Translations under genes and position numbers: made by a program | Assembly (NCBI GenBank): GCA_938004065.1 | Contig: CALKWM010000041.1 | Coordinates: 26,889 to 90,888, forward strand | Length of the DNA stretch: 64,000 bases | DNA from: an uncultured bacterium | Lineage (GTDB): Bacteria; Patescibacteriota; JAHJAL01 | Direction of reading: 5' to 3' | Shown here: one piece after another, positions 29,712-39,206 of the stretch | Layout: every line of letters starts with the position of its first letter | How positions within the stretch are numbered: the first letter of the stretch is position 1 | The notes under the pieces: model-generated | What the model was told of the DNA's origin: nothing | Seen by the model: the letters and a program-made list of their open reading frames with translations, nothing else | The model's database searches: none

Positions 29712-30063
29712 CGAGCAATTTTCAAGTTCTAAGTTTTAAGTATCAAGTAAAACACAATACATAAAGCACAATATCTCAATATTTCAATATCTAATTTTTA
29801 TTCAAATGAAAACAAAAATCAAAAACATCAAGCATGCACAGATGATGACAATTATGCTCATCTCCATCTTCACCATCCTGCTCAACAATCTGGGCAACAT
29901 GTATTAAACTCTATAATATTTACCAAAAAATTTATTAACAAAAACAAAAATGAAAAAAATTCTGTCCTTTCTAGCCAATTTATTTGACAACAACGGCATG
30001 TCGATGATTTGCAAAAAAGAACTTGGATTCACAATCCGCAAAGTAAAATAATTCTTTACTTCC

Positions 30064-30747
30064 ATGACAAATCGGTATCACAAATACTTTTCGATTCTGT
30101 TAATTTCGTTGCTCACTACAACAACCTATTTGTCAATTCAAAAACACTCTCATGCTCAAACACTAACCGAGACTAGAAACACAACCATTACCGTCTCCAT
30201 CCCGCAACATCTTACTTTTATTATCAATGGAGTCAACACCGGCGACCCCTGTCCCAATGCCAGTGTCGCCGAACTCGCCGAAATTGATTCTACGGCTACT
30301 GATATCGATTATGGCACATTCAACGGCGCCAATCGAAAAATCGCCTGCCAGGAAACTATCGTTACCACCAACGCCGCATCCGGCTACCGTCTCACAATCC
30401 AACAAGACCATCCGATTCAATCATCACCCACAGTACAGATTAGTAATTTCCAGGGTTCATCCGGCTCCGCCGACACCTGGACCACACCGGAAACCTGGTC
30501 TTCACCAACCGCCACTCATCATTCATACTTTGGATTTTCCACCAGTGACACCATCGATTACTCCAGGTTCTCACTAAATCGTTACGGCAGTTTTCAATCG
30601 GACGCAACCGAGCACGAAATCGCCTCCGCCCCCGGACCGGTTATCGACGACACCAACCACATCTCCTTTCAACTCGAAACCGACGACCTCCAAGCTTCCG
30701 GTAATTACTCAAATACTGTTACCTATATTGTTACTGCTTATTTTTAG
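30064..30747 (+). CDS. Secreted protein: a signal peptide followed by the same ~190-aa C-terminal domain found at the end of the giant protein
   Basis: Signal peptide MTNRYHKYFSILLISLLTTTTYLSIQKHSHAQT. Four blocks match the giant's C-terminus, for example DYGTFNGANRKIACQETIVTTNAASGYRLTIQ vs NFGTFTSADDRIAAHDLIVSTNSTSGYIITTQ. Both proteins carry TWTTP and a terminal …Y(I/V)xTxxF. Confidence 0.7.
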   Translation: MTNRYHKYFSILLISLLTTTTYLSIQKHSHAQTLTETRNTTITVSIPQHLTFIINGVNTGDPCPNASVAELAEIDSTATDIDYGTFNGANRKIACQETIVTTNAASGYRLTIQQDHPIQSSPTVQISNFQGSSGSADTWTTPETWSSPTATHHSYFGFSTSDTIDYSRFSLNRYGSFQSDATEHEIASAPGPVIDDTNHISFQLETDDLQASGNYSNTVTYIVTAYF

Positions 30748-30841
30748 TTTTTTCTTTACCATTAGAATATTTATCATTTTTTCCCAAGACAGTTTTTTTG
30801 TTTGTTATGTTTGATTTTTAATAAGTTTACTATCTTTAAAT

Positions 30842-32203
30842 CTACTTCCCAAACGACACTCTATCACCAATCTCCTCCGTCCACCCATGCCAACTACCCC
30901 TCGAAACCGTAAACTCTCCATATCGATCATTGATTTTATCCATTGATTCAATCAAACGGATTTTTTTCAATTTATCCTCCAATATCGACAACTGCACTTT
31001 GGCGCTTGATTCCAACCCGGACACACTAACAAAAATTTTACTGATCTTGTCATGCAAAACCTTTCTCTCCAGATGTTTATAAACCCCTCGGAAAATATCC
31101 CAACTGTCATCCGTTGCCTCGGCAATTTTCTCCTGTCGGCCAAATCCACCACCATACAGATACTGCCAACCCACCCACAAAACCTTTGCCCGCAATTTCT
31201 TCCGCCGCAATCTGCGTCCCGTTTTCTCCGCCATCTTCATCATCAGCATTGCAATCTCATCTTTGTTAGCCGTTTTTTTAAGTAAGGTATAGGAGTGTCC
31301 TACCGACTTTGGCTTGCGATCTTCATCGATATTCAATTTATCCACCTCCAAACCATTCATCCTAGACCACAAGAAATATCCCATTTTACCCATTTTTTTG
31401 AGTAAAAAAGAGGGCTTGGCATATTTGATTTCCAAGGGAGTAACTATCCCCAAAGCATTGAGTTGCCTCTTTAAGCCCCAGGAAATTCCCCAAACATCAG
31501 TTAGTTCCAGCTCGCCCAACAGATAATCCACATTTTGATCATTTACCAAAGTCAAACCATCCGGCTTCTTAAAATCCGACCCCAATTTGGCAAAAAATTT
31601 AGTCCCGGCAATCCCAATCGAACAAGTCAACCAATCTCCCACTTCCTCTCTTATTCTTCTCTTAATCTCCCCAGCAATCACCTCCACCTCATCATACAAA
31701 TCCCCAACACGCTTATTGTCATCCCCACCTTGTGCAGGGATCTCAACCGCTCTATTCCATTTATTTTCTTTATCAGCTTTGAGTTGTGGTTTTGCACTTT
31801 GAGTTTTGCACTTTGAGTTTTTTCTCGTTTGGAATTTCAAAAAACTCTCATCAATACTATAATTCTCCACGTCCGGCGTATAACTATTGAATATCGCCTG
31901 AATCCTTTCCGTAATTACTCGGTACTTGGTCGGATCGTCTCGCACTAACACAATATCCGGACAAATTTGTTTGGCCTCCCACACTTTGGTTCCGGTACCA
32001 ATACCGATAGTTTTTGCCTCTCGACTGGCCGCGATTATCGTGCCTTTCGGATGCAAATAACTACACACTCCCAATGGCCGTCCCCGCCAGGCCGGATTGG
32101 CTTGCTGTTCACAAGTGGCAAAATAACTATTCATATCCACATGCATGATTATTTTCTCACTCTGAGGCATTTCAAATAAATCATTATTTTCTTGTTTAAA
32201 CAT
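30842..32203 (-). CDS. dinB: Y-family DNA polymerase (DinB/Pol IV-like) carrying an in-frame low-complexity insertion
   Basis: IIMHVDMNSYFATCEQ, GTIIAASREAK, DESFL and LTCSIGIAGTKFFAKLGSDFKKPDGL. A ~45-aa insert after DESFLKF is encoded by repeat DNA at 31780-31835. Confidence 0.8.
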   Translation of the reverse strand: MFKQENNDLFEMPQSEKIIMHVDMNSYFATCEQQANPAWRGRPLGVCSYLHPKGTIIAASREAKTIGIGTGTKVWEAKQICPDIVLVRDDPTKYRVITERIQAIFNSYTPDVENYSIDESFLKFQTRKNSKCKTQSAKPQLKADKENKWNRAVEIPAQGGDDNKRVGDLYDEVEVIAGEIKRRIREEVGDWLTCSIGIAGTKFFAKLGSDFKKPDGLTLVNDQNVDYLLGELELTDVWGISWGLKRQLNALGIVTPLEIKYAKPSFLLKKMGKMGYFLWSRMNGLEVDKLNIDEDRKPKSVGHSYTLLKKTANKDEIAMLMMKMAEKTGRRLRRKKLRAKVLWVGWQYLYGGGFGRQEKIAEATDDSWDIFRGVYKHLERKVLHDKISKIFVSVSGLESSAKVQLSILEDKLKKIRLIESMDKINDRYGEFTVSRGSWHGWTEEIGDRVSFGK

Positions 32204-32344
32204 AATTTCACCTCCAAAATAAAACTAAAACGTCAAAACAAAAAACTCAAAACCATAACCCTAAAACTAAAAACATTTTTGTGATTTAATTTGGATTTTT
32301 TTAGTTGTGGTTTTGAGTTCTAAGATTTGAGCTTTCACATTTCA

Positions 32345-32599
32345 CTAAAACGTAATCTCCTCAAGTACCCAACTCAAATTTCCCGTATCAAAACACAACT
32401 TATACCCGTTATTATCGGCATCACTCACACAAAAATAATAAAACAATTTCTCACCAATTTTTTTATGAAAATACAAATTCGTCCGTTTGACATAAATCTT
32501 ACGACCTTTCCATTGCAAGAGTAGGGGAGTGCTTTTAGCTGAAAAAAGCATCACCACCTTTACTTTCTCATCAATTTTTTCCGAACTGTTTGATATCAT
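32345..32599 (-). CDS. Hypothetical small protein (84 aa)
   Basis: ORF only. It lies between the Y-family polymerase and the HTH gene. No motif was recognised. Confidence 0.3.
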   Translation of the reverse strand: MISNSSEKIDEKVKVVMLFSAKSTPLLLQWKGRKIYVKRTNLYFHKKIGEKLFYYFCVSDADNNGYKLCFDTGNLSWVLEEITF

Positions 32600-32817
32600 T
32601 CAATTCTCCTATCATCCCGGAAAAGACTTTCGCATCGCCTTGGGCGATAAGAAAATTCTTTATCCGGGACACATTTCCTCATTATAAAAATATGTTTATT
32701 AATCATTAACACTTTAGTTAATTATCACCCTAAATTCATCTTAACACAACTGTTAATTTAAACACAAGAAAAAAATGATTATCGCAGATACCAATAATCA
32801 TTATTTAAATTCCATAT

Positions 32818-33120
32818 TTATTTTTCCAACTTTTCCTCTAACTCCGCCAACAAAAAAGCCAACTTGAAAAAATCACTGCAACTACATTTATTGATTTTTC
32901 CTTCCTTGAATAATTTTAATGTTCTGGGAGTTATCAATAAACCGTCAATTAGTTCTTTTTCATTAACACCCTCCTTTTTCAAATAATCCAAATACAACTT
33001 CAATGGCTCTTCCATCGCTCGGGACAATTTGCCGAATTGATCGCTCAATCGCCTGATTTCTTTCACTCTTATCACTATTTTCCACCCCCAAACTTTTTTT
33101 AAAACACCAAACAAATCCAA
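32818..33120 (-). CDS. Small helix-turn-helix DNA-binding protein, XRE-like
   Basis: KELIDGLLITPRTLKLFKEGKINKCSCSDFFKLAFLL fits the XRE HTH pattern (helix - turn - recognition helix … KLAxxL). Divergent from the lytS-type kinase. Confidence 0.45.
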   Translation of the reverse strand: MDLFGVLKKVWGWKIVIRVKEIRRLSDQFGKLSRAMEEPLKLYLDYLKKEGVNEKELIDGLLITPRTLKLFKEGKINKCSCSDFFKLAFLLAELEEKLEK

Positions 33121-33223
33121 TATATCTAATAATCAATTATCTAACAACCAGTCTTGACTTTAAAAACCTAAAAAACATATAATCACCATATGAAAAATCT
33201 TATCGAAAAAAACAAATAACAAC

Positions 33224-33514
33224 TTGAGGGAGGTGATTATCATTTTCCGATCAGAAAAACAAAAACACCTGTTCTTTTTTATTTCTCTAGCTCTATTATT
33301 TACTCTAATATTGTGTAACTTCAATCTACACAATATAATTATTAACAATCTGATTATTATATTACTCATTCCCGCAGTATCTTTCGGAGCCAGCAAAATA
33401 ACCAAAGAAAAAAACATGACCGGAAAAATTCTTTTCGCAACGATTTCAATATCAGCGTTGTTAACAATAATAAACATCAAATTTATATCTGCCGTATTGG
33501 CAATATTAAAATGA
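33224..33514 (+). CDS. Possible small membrane protein with three TM helices. The start codon is uncertain; an SD-like GGAGGTGA lies at 33229-33236.
   Basis: Hydrophobic 96-aa ORF in the 520-bp divergent region upstream of the sensor kinase. An overlapping antisense ORF 33160..33480 is equally AT-rich. Confidence 0.25.
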   Translation: MREVIIIFRSEKQKHLFFFISLALLFTLILCNFNLHNIIINNLIIILLIPAVSFGASKITKEKNMTGKILFATISISALLTIINIKFISAVLAILK

Positions 33515-33641
33515 AATTGTGTTACGCACCGGATTTGTTAAAAACATATCCGGTCTTTTTATTTATAAAACCACTTTCTCTAAAGTATAATAAAAATAAG
33601 AAGTTTTCTTACTTCTTGCTTCTTACTTCTTACTCCTTATA

Positions 33642-34865
33642 TTGTCTCCTTCAATCTTTTTCTACAATCAAGTTCTTGACATCATGGGCCGTACGGCCAT
33701 CATTTTGATCATTGCCTTTGTCATCAGTCATCTGGTTATCAAAAACAACTTCAATATCGTCCGCCCCGGCCTCAAAGAAAAATTCCTCCTGGCACTTACT
33801 TTCATCCTCATCTACACTTTTACATTGCTTTTTAACTACGGCGAAGAAAAACTACTCATCTTTGATCTGGCCCTGCCGATCGTTATCGTTTCCGGCATCC
33901 TGGGTGGCTTACGAGTCAGTATCCTGGTATCCGGCGTAACCGCCATTCTCATCAATTTCTTTTTCCCACTGTCATGGCTCTACGCCATCTTGACCATTAT
34001 CGCCGGCATATCCAGTGGCATTTTTCACCACATCAAAAGCAGCAATCGCCTCAAAATGCTTTTCGCCAGCATCATGCAATTTGTATTTTCATTTATGCAA
34101 ATCAGTCTGGTATATTTTGTTTTTGAAGGATATCTCTATTCCATCCTCTGGCAAAACATTGTCGCCGCCGTAACTATCGGGCTCATTCAAGTGGCCAGCG
34201 TACTGGTATTTTTGTACATTATTTACTCCATTATCGATTACCAAAAACAACAGCAGGAAATCTATATGCAACATCAATACCGTCTGAAAACTCTCCAATC
34301 CCAACTCAATCCGCACTTTCTTTTCAATTCTCTCAACACCATCGGCTCTCTAACTCGCACCAAACCGGAAAAAGCCCATGAATTGATTATCGAACTTTCT
34401 TCACTACTTCGATCCAGTCTGCGCAAACAAGGCGAACACGTTCCTTTGATCGATGAAATTCAAAATATCAACAGCTATCTATCCATTGCTAAAGCCCGTT
34501 TTGGTGATAGAATTCAAATTAAAATTGACGTCCCTGATTTTTATCTGAAATACCAGGTACCAAACTTAATTTGGGAACCGATTGTCGAAAATGCCATCAT
34601 TCACAACATCAAAAAACAAGATATTATCAATTTGCATTTATATGTCAAAAAAGACCAAAAATATTTGCATCTAATAACATCCGATGACGGGCAGGGGATA
34701 GCCCCGGAAAAATTGGAGGAATTGCGTCAAGACAATCCAAATGTTAAACATCTGGGACTACCCAGCACTATCGCCCGCTTGAAAAATCAATACCATGGAG
34801 AGGAATTGGTACAAATCAACACCTCGACCAAAGGTACCGTCATCACCCTCAAAATTCCAATATAA
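33642..34865 (+). CDS. Sensor histidine kinase, LytS/YehU type (5TMR-LYT membrane domain + His_kinase + HATPase_c)
   Basis: Multiple N-terminal TM helices. LQSQLNPHFLFNSLNTIGSL is the PF06580 H-box. C-terminal ATPase (GQGIAPEKLEEL … GLPSTIARL). Confidence 0.85.
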   Translation: MSPSIFFYNQVLDIMGRTAIILIIAFVISHLVIKNNFNIVRPGLKEKFLLALTFILIYTFTLLFNYGEEKLLIFDLALPIVIVSGILGGLRVSILVSGVTAILINFFFPLSWLYAILTIIAGISSGIFHHIKSSNRLKMLFASIMQFVFSFMQISLVYFVFEGYLYSILWQNIVAAVTIGLIQVASVLVFLYIIYSIIDYQKQQQEIYMQHQYRLKTLQSQLNPHFLFNSLNTIGSLTRTKPEKAHELIIELSSLLRSSLRKQGEHVPLIDEIQNINSYLSIAKARFGDRIQIKIDVPDFYLKYQVPNLIWEPIVENAIIHNIKKQDIINLHLYVKKDQKYLHLITSDDGQGIAPEKLEELRQDNPNVKHLGLPSTIARLKNQYHGEELVQINTSTKGTVITLKIPI

Positions 34866-34940
34866 CCAAGCATCAAGTTCTAATTTCTAATTTTCAAGCC
34901 GTTTTATTTTTTTTGATTTTTTATATTTTATTTTCGATTT

Positions 34941-35708
34941 TTGCCTTCCATGCTCACCATCAATACCCTCATTATCGACGATGAACAACCCGCCATCGAA
35001 GAACTACACTATCATTGCAGTCAATTCATCAACCAATCACATATCTACGACCTCACCAATCCCAAAAAAGCCATCGATGCCATTTGTGAATACGATATCA
35101 AGCTGGTTTTTTGCGACATCAACATGCCCTACATCTCCGGTATCGAACTGGCCGAAGAAATATCAAAACTGGAAAAACCGCCTCTGGTAGTTTTTGTTAC
35201 CGCCTATGACGAATTCGCCGTCAAAGCATTTGAACTCAATGCTATAGATTACGTTTTGAAACCAATCGATCCAAAAAGATTTCAACAAACATTTTCCAAA
35301 ATTCAAGAAAAAATTTCCAAACATCCGGAAAACATTGACAATACTGAATTAATCGAACAAACACGAAATTTTATCAACGGCAAAATCACAGCTGTCGGTA
35401 CCAATCCCAATGATCGCTACATATTCAAACTGACAGATATTACCCATTTCGAAGCCGAAGGACCAATAGTTTACGCCCATACTACTGATCAAAACAAAAA
35501 GCGTGTTCATTACCAGATGCAAGAATTGGAAAATGCACTACCGGAAAATTTTGTCCGCACTCATAAATCACACATTGTCAATATCGACCACGTCGCCCGC
35601 ATGTACCTCTGGCAAAAATCCAACTATCAAATCGAGTTGGAAAACAAAAAAACTATTCCCGTCTCCCGCCGCTTGAGCCAAAGGGTCAAAGACAAACTAA
35701 ATTGGTAA
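34941..35708 (+). CDS. LytTR-family response regulator (REC + LytTR DNA-binding domain)
   Basis: REC segment LIIDDEQPAIEEL … VFCDINMPYISGIELA. LytTR segment FEAEGPIVYAHTTDQNKKRVHYQMQELENALPENFVRTHKSHIVNIDHV. Confidence 0.85.
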   Translation: MPSMLTINTLIIDDEQPAIEELHYHCSQFINQSHIYDLTNPKKAIDAICEYDIKLVFCDINMPYISGIELAEEISKLEKPPLVVFVTAYDEFAVKAFELNAIDYVLKPIDPKRFQQTFSKIQEKISKHPENIDNTELIEQTRNFINGKITAVGTNPNDRYIFKLTDITHFEAEGPIVYAHTTDQNKKRVHYQMQELENALPENFVRTHKSHIVNIDHVARMYLWQKSNYQIELENKKTIPVSRRLSQRVKDKLNW

Positions 35709-35840
35709 ATAATATATCATCTACACCTGTGTTGTCATCACGCAAATCGTCAAAAATTTGATTATTTTGCGATTCCTTATTTCATTTATTACTTTTTACT
35801 AATTTATCACCAAATTGCCACTTATTCTATTTTTCCTACC

Positions 35841-35874
35841 GCTCATTAAACTTCCATGTTTAATGAGCTTTTTT
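35841..35874 (+). terminator. Rho-independent terminator candidate downstream of the LytTR regulator
   Basis: Perfect 11-bp stem gctcattaaac / gtttaatgagc, 6-nt loop, then TTTTTTA. Confidence 0.5.
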
Positions 35875-35930
35875 ATAGTTACAATAAATTTAGTTTAAGC
35901 TTAATCGCTTAGTTAAAGGAGTGAACAATC

Positions 35931-36191
35931 ATGAAATTAAATGACAAAAAACAACTGGCCAACTTAATTACCGATTACAAACTCTGGGTGGCTTTTATCG
36001 AACAATTTTTAGACGACCACCAAATTGACAATCAAACTATCAATCACCAACTCAACCACATCAAAAAACAACTAAATTTTCTGCTCAAAACCAACACTAT
36101 ACCAATCATTATCGACCGCATACTTTTAATCGATGAACAACTCAAAGACATTCAGCTTAAAGTTCCACAACTGGTTTTTCAGCCCGCATAA
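35931..36191 (+). CDS. Hypothetical 86-aa cytoplasmic protein with a strong Shine-Dalgarno
   Basis: AAGGAG lies 8 nt upstream of the ATG (ttaaaggagtgaacaatcATG). The ORF is hydrophilic and helical. A terminator hairpin follows. Confidence 0.5.
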   Translation: MKLNDKKQLANLITDYKLWVAFIEQFLDDHQIDNQTINHQLNHIKKQLNFLLKTNTIPIIIDRILLIDEQLKDIQLKVPQLVFQPA

Positions 36192-36235
36192 ATTTGTTTT
36201 CATTTTTTTCGCCTTACCAAAAAACTCTCAATCTC

Positions 36236-36264
36236 AACCCTCATTTTAAATAGAGGGTTTTTTG
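36236..36264 (+). terminator. Rho-independent terminator candidate
   Basis: aaccctc-attttaaata-gagggtt followed by TTTTTT. Confidence 0.5.
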
Positions 36265-36349
36265 GTAAATTTGGCTTTTTTTATCTATTAATTATAATAT
36301 ATAAATATATATTATATTTATCATTTAACTTACCATCCCCAAACTAAAA

Positions 36350-37663
36350 ATGAAAAAATCATCACTACTCCCACTAGTATTAGTTTTTGCTTTTTCTTTT
36401 TTTGTCCCAAATTTAAATTTTGAAGCAAAAAAAGCAGTAGCATCTGACAACAAAGTTATTGATATTTCGATCAATGACCAACAGATGACAATTGTGGAAA
36501 ACAACATGGCTATCAAAAAATTTGCCATTTCTACCGGCAAATGGGATATGCCCACACCACTTGGCACTTTTTACATCCAAAACCATATCTACGACGCTTA
36601 CTCACAACCCTATGATCTGTATATGCCATATTGGATGGGAATTGGCGGTGGCTACGGCATACACGGTTTGCCATATTGGAAATACAGTTGGGGCAATGTG
36701 TATGAAGGCGTTAACCATCTGGGCATTAGAGTAAGTCATGGTTGCATCCGATTATCAGTTGACAACGCCGCCTGGTTATACGATTGGGCTCCCAATGGAA
36801 CCAGAGTGGTCATTCATCAAGAATCCGGAACCCAGGTTGCCATCACTCCACCAGATTACGACGGTGTGATAACCGCCCAATCAGCACAAAATATCACACT
36901 CAGACCCGGGGAATCAACCGAGGTTTGGGTCAAACTCAAAAACACCGGGAAGCATTGGTGGTACAACGTTGGTGATCACCCAATTCATTTGGCAACCTAC
37001 AAAGACGCTGATCGCGTGTCTGATTTTGGAAACTCTAGCTGGCTTACTTTCAATCGACCAGCCATTATCGACAATACCGGGGTTGGATATGGCCAGGAAG
37101 CAACTTTTAAATTTACTATTACCGCTCCCACCAAACAAATGCAATACGAAGAACACTTCAAGCCGGTTGCTGAAGGTCATTCCTGGTTTTTTGATCCTGA
37201 TTTGGATATCGTCTGGTACATCAATGTTTATCAACCCGAATACTCCAATCAATGGTTCAGCCAATCCGACTGGCCCATCATCACCGCCGGAGATACCAAG
37301 ACCCTCGCTTTTAAATTCAAAAACATGGGCTATGCCACCTGGTACAATAGTGGATCAAATCCCATCCGCTTGGCCACCAGCAATCCGATCGACCGCAGTA
37401 GCGTATTTTTCAATCCCGCTTCTTGGCTTTCCTCAAACCGCGCCACCGCCATGGATGAAGCCCAAGTATTGCCCGGTGAGATTGGTACATTTACTTTCAC
37501 CGTAAAAGCACCGCTAAGTCCCGGTACCTATGACGAGTATTTCCGATTGGTTGCCGAAAACAAAACTTGGATGGAAGATCAAGGTGTATTTTTACGCATC
37601 AAAGTAGTTCAAAATCCTGATCTATCAACAACATACAGTAGCGAAACCGATCTAACCAAATAG
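36350..37663 (+). CDS. Secreted L,D-transpeptidase (YkuD domain) with C-terminal repeated beta-rich domains
   Basis: Signal peptide. YkuD catalytic motif GIHGLPY … GIRVSHGCIRLSVDNAAWLYDW. The C-terminal ~300 aa contains three paralogous ~100-aa repeats (…WYN.G..PI.LAT…F…SWL…). Confidence 0.85.
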   Translation: MKKSSLLPLVLVFAFSFFVPNLNFEAKKAVASDNKVIDISINDQQMTIVENNMAIKKFAISTGKWDMPTPLGTFYIQNHIYDAYSQPYDLYMPYWMGIGGGYGIHGLPYWKYSWGNVYEGVNHLGIRVSHGCIRLSVDNAAWLYDWAPNGTRVVIHQESGTQVAITPPDYDGVITAQSAQNITLRPGESTEVWVKLKNTGKHWWYNVGDHPIHLATYKDADRVSDFGNSSWLTFNRPAIIDNTGVGYGQEATFKFTITAPTKQMQYEEHFKPVAEGHSWFFDPDLDIVWYINVYQPEYSNQWFSQSDWPIITAGDTKTLAFKFKNMGYATWYNSGSNPIRLATSNPIDRSSVFFNPASWLSSNRATAMDEAQVLPGEIGTFTFTVKAPLSPGTYDEYFRLVAENKTWMEDQGVFLRIKVVQNPDLSTTYSSETDLTK

Positions 37664-37693
37664 TCAACGAATTATATTTTCTAATCATCTATT

Positions 37694-38287
37694 TTGCAAA
37701 ACATCCCCAAATCAATCGCCAATCTGATACACCACTTTTCTAAACTTCCGGGAATTGGACCAAAAAGTGCCAGTCGTTTAACATACTTTCTACTTAAAAA
37801 ACCTAAAAATGACGTGCAACAATTCGGTCAGGCCCTGTATACACTTCAGGAAAATTTGATTTACTGTTCCAACTGCCACAACTACACCGAAATCGATCCC
37901 TGCGAAATATGTCAAAATCCCAAAAAAAATCCTCGAGTTATTTGTGTAGTAGAACAACCACTGGATATTCTGGCTTTTGAAAAAACATCATTCGCCGGTA
38001 CTTATCATGTTTTACACGGCGCACTCGCTCCCATCGAAGGAATCGGCCCGGAACACCTGACTCTGGAGAGTCTCAACAAAAAAGCTCGTCAAGGCAATAT
38101 TGAAGAAATCATAATCGCCACCAACCCCAATCTGGAAGGAGAAGCCACCGCTATCTACATCCAAAACATGTTAGAAAATATCCCTGAAATTAAAATTACT
38201 CGTCTGGCTTTTGGACTACCCATGGGATCAGACTTGGAATACATCGATGAATTGACTTTAAATAAAGCTATCGAAGGACGTAAATAA
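37694..38287 (+). CDS. recR: Recombination protein RecR (TTG start)
   Basis: HhH (LPGIGPKSASRL), C4 zinc finger (CSNCHNYTEIDPCEIC), Toprim (VICVVEQPLDILAFEKT … IIIATNPNLEGEATAIYI). Confidence 0.9.
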   Translation: MQNIPKSIANLIHHFSKLPGIGPKSASRLTYFLLKKPKNDVQQFGQALYTLQENLIYCSNCHNYTEIDPCEICQNPKKNPRVICVVEQPLDILAFEKTSFAGTYHVLHGALAPIEGIGPEHLTLESLNKKARQGNIEEIIIATNPNLEGEATAIYIQNMLENIPEIKITRLAFGLPMGSDLEYIDELTLNKAIEGRK

Positions 38288-38297
38288 TTTTTCAAAA

Positions 38298-39206
38298 ATG
38301 GGCAAAAATCAAATCATTGAAACAAAAATCGGCAACAAAATCTGGATAGATATCACCAATCCGACACACAAAAAACTTATCGAATTCAAAGATAAATATA
38401 AAATCCACGAAGCCGATATCCATGACGCCATGGATAAAGTTGTAATTCCAAAAACATTTGAACATAAAAATTACTTATTCATTGCCATCCATGCCATTCA
38501 TTATTCAAACAACCAAATCAATTTACAAGAAATAGATTTCTTCTTTTCCAAACACTTTATTATTACCATTCACAATCAGCCAATAGATTTTCTGGACAAT
38601 ATCTGTGAAGAAATATACCCGGAGATATCTTGCCACAACACCGCCCATGTTCTTTTTAGAATCCTTAAACACATCAATATTTCTCAAAGAGAAATTATCA
38701 AAAATTATGCCAACGACATCAATCAATTGGAAATTGACATCACCACTGAAAAAAACAATGAACGAAAAACCATCAGTAACATTCTCTCAATTCGCAAAAA
38801 CATCTTACAACTAATCAACGTTTCCCAACCTAACATCGTGGTCATCAAAGAAATTCATAAGTCAGATATTATAAAAAACAGTTTCAGTAACTATCAGGTA
38901 TATTTTGACAGTTTGGTTGAATCTCAAGAAAAGTCATATAACATGCTCAAGCACTATCTGGAAGTTACTAACGGTTTGATCGATACGATTAACATTATGG
39001 TCAATTATCGTTTTAACGATATTATCAAAATTTTAACCATAGTCTCAGTTTCGCTACTTCCCCTTACACTTATTTCCGGAATTTTGGGTATGAATTTTTC
39101 CAGTTCCATCTTTGATATGCCATACGGTTTTACCATTACTATCATTTTTATGATTCTTTTGGAAATATTAATAATTCAATATTTTAAATACAAAAAATGG
39201 CTCTAA
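38298..39206 (+). CDS. corA: CorA-family Mg2+/Co2+ transporter
   Basis: Two C-terminal TM helices with the GMNF signature (ILGMNFSSSIFDMPYGF). Confidence 0.8.
   Translation: MGKNQIIETKIGNKIWIDITNPTHKKLIEFKDKYKIHEADIHDAMDKVVIPKTFEHKNYLFIAIHAIHYSNNQINLQEIDFFFSKHFIITIHNQPIDFLDNICEEIYPEISCHNTAHVLFRILKHINISQREIIKNYANDINQLEIDITTEKNNERKTISNILSIRKNILQLINVSQPNIVVIKEIHKSDIIKNSFSNYQVYFDSLVESQEKSYNMLKHYLEVTNGLIDTINIMVNYRFNDIIKILTIVSVSLLPLTLISGILGMNFSSSIFDMPYGFTITIIFMILLEILIIQYFKYKKWL

Noticed and set aside
33160-33480. 106-aa - strand ORF antisense to the possible small membrane protein
   Set aside because: AT-rich low-complexity translation in a divergent promoter region. No start context and no motif. 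Kept only as an alternative to the equally weak + strand call.
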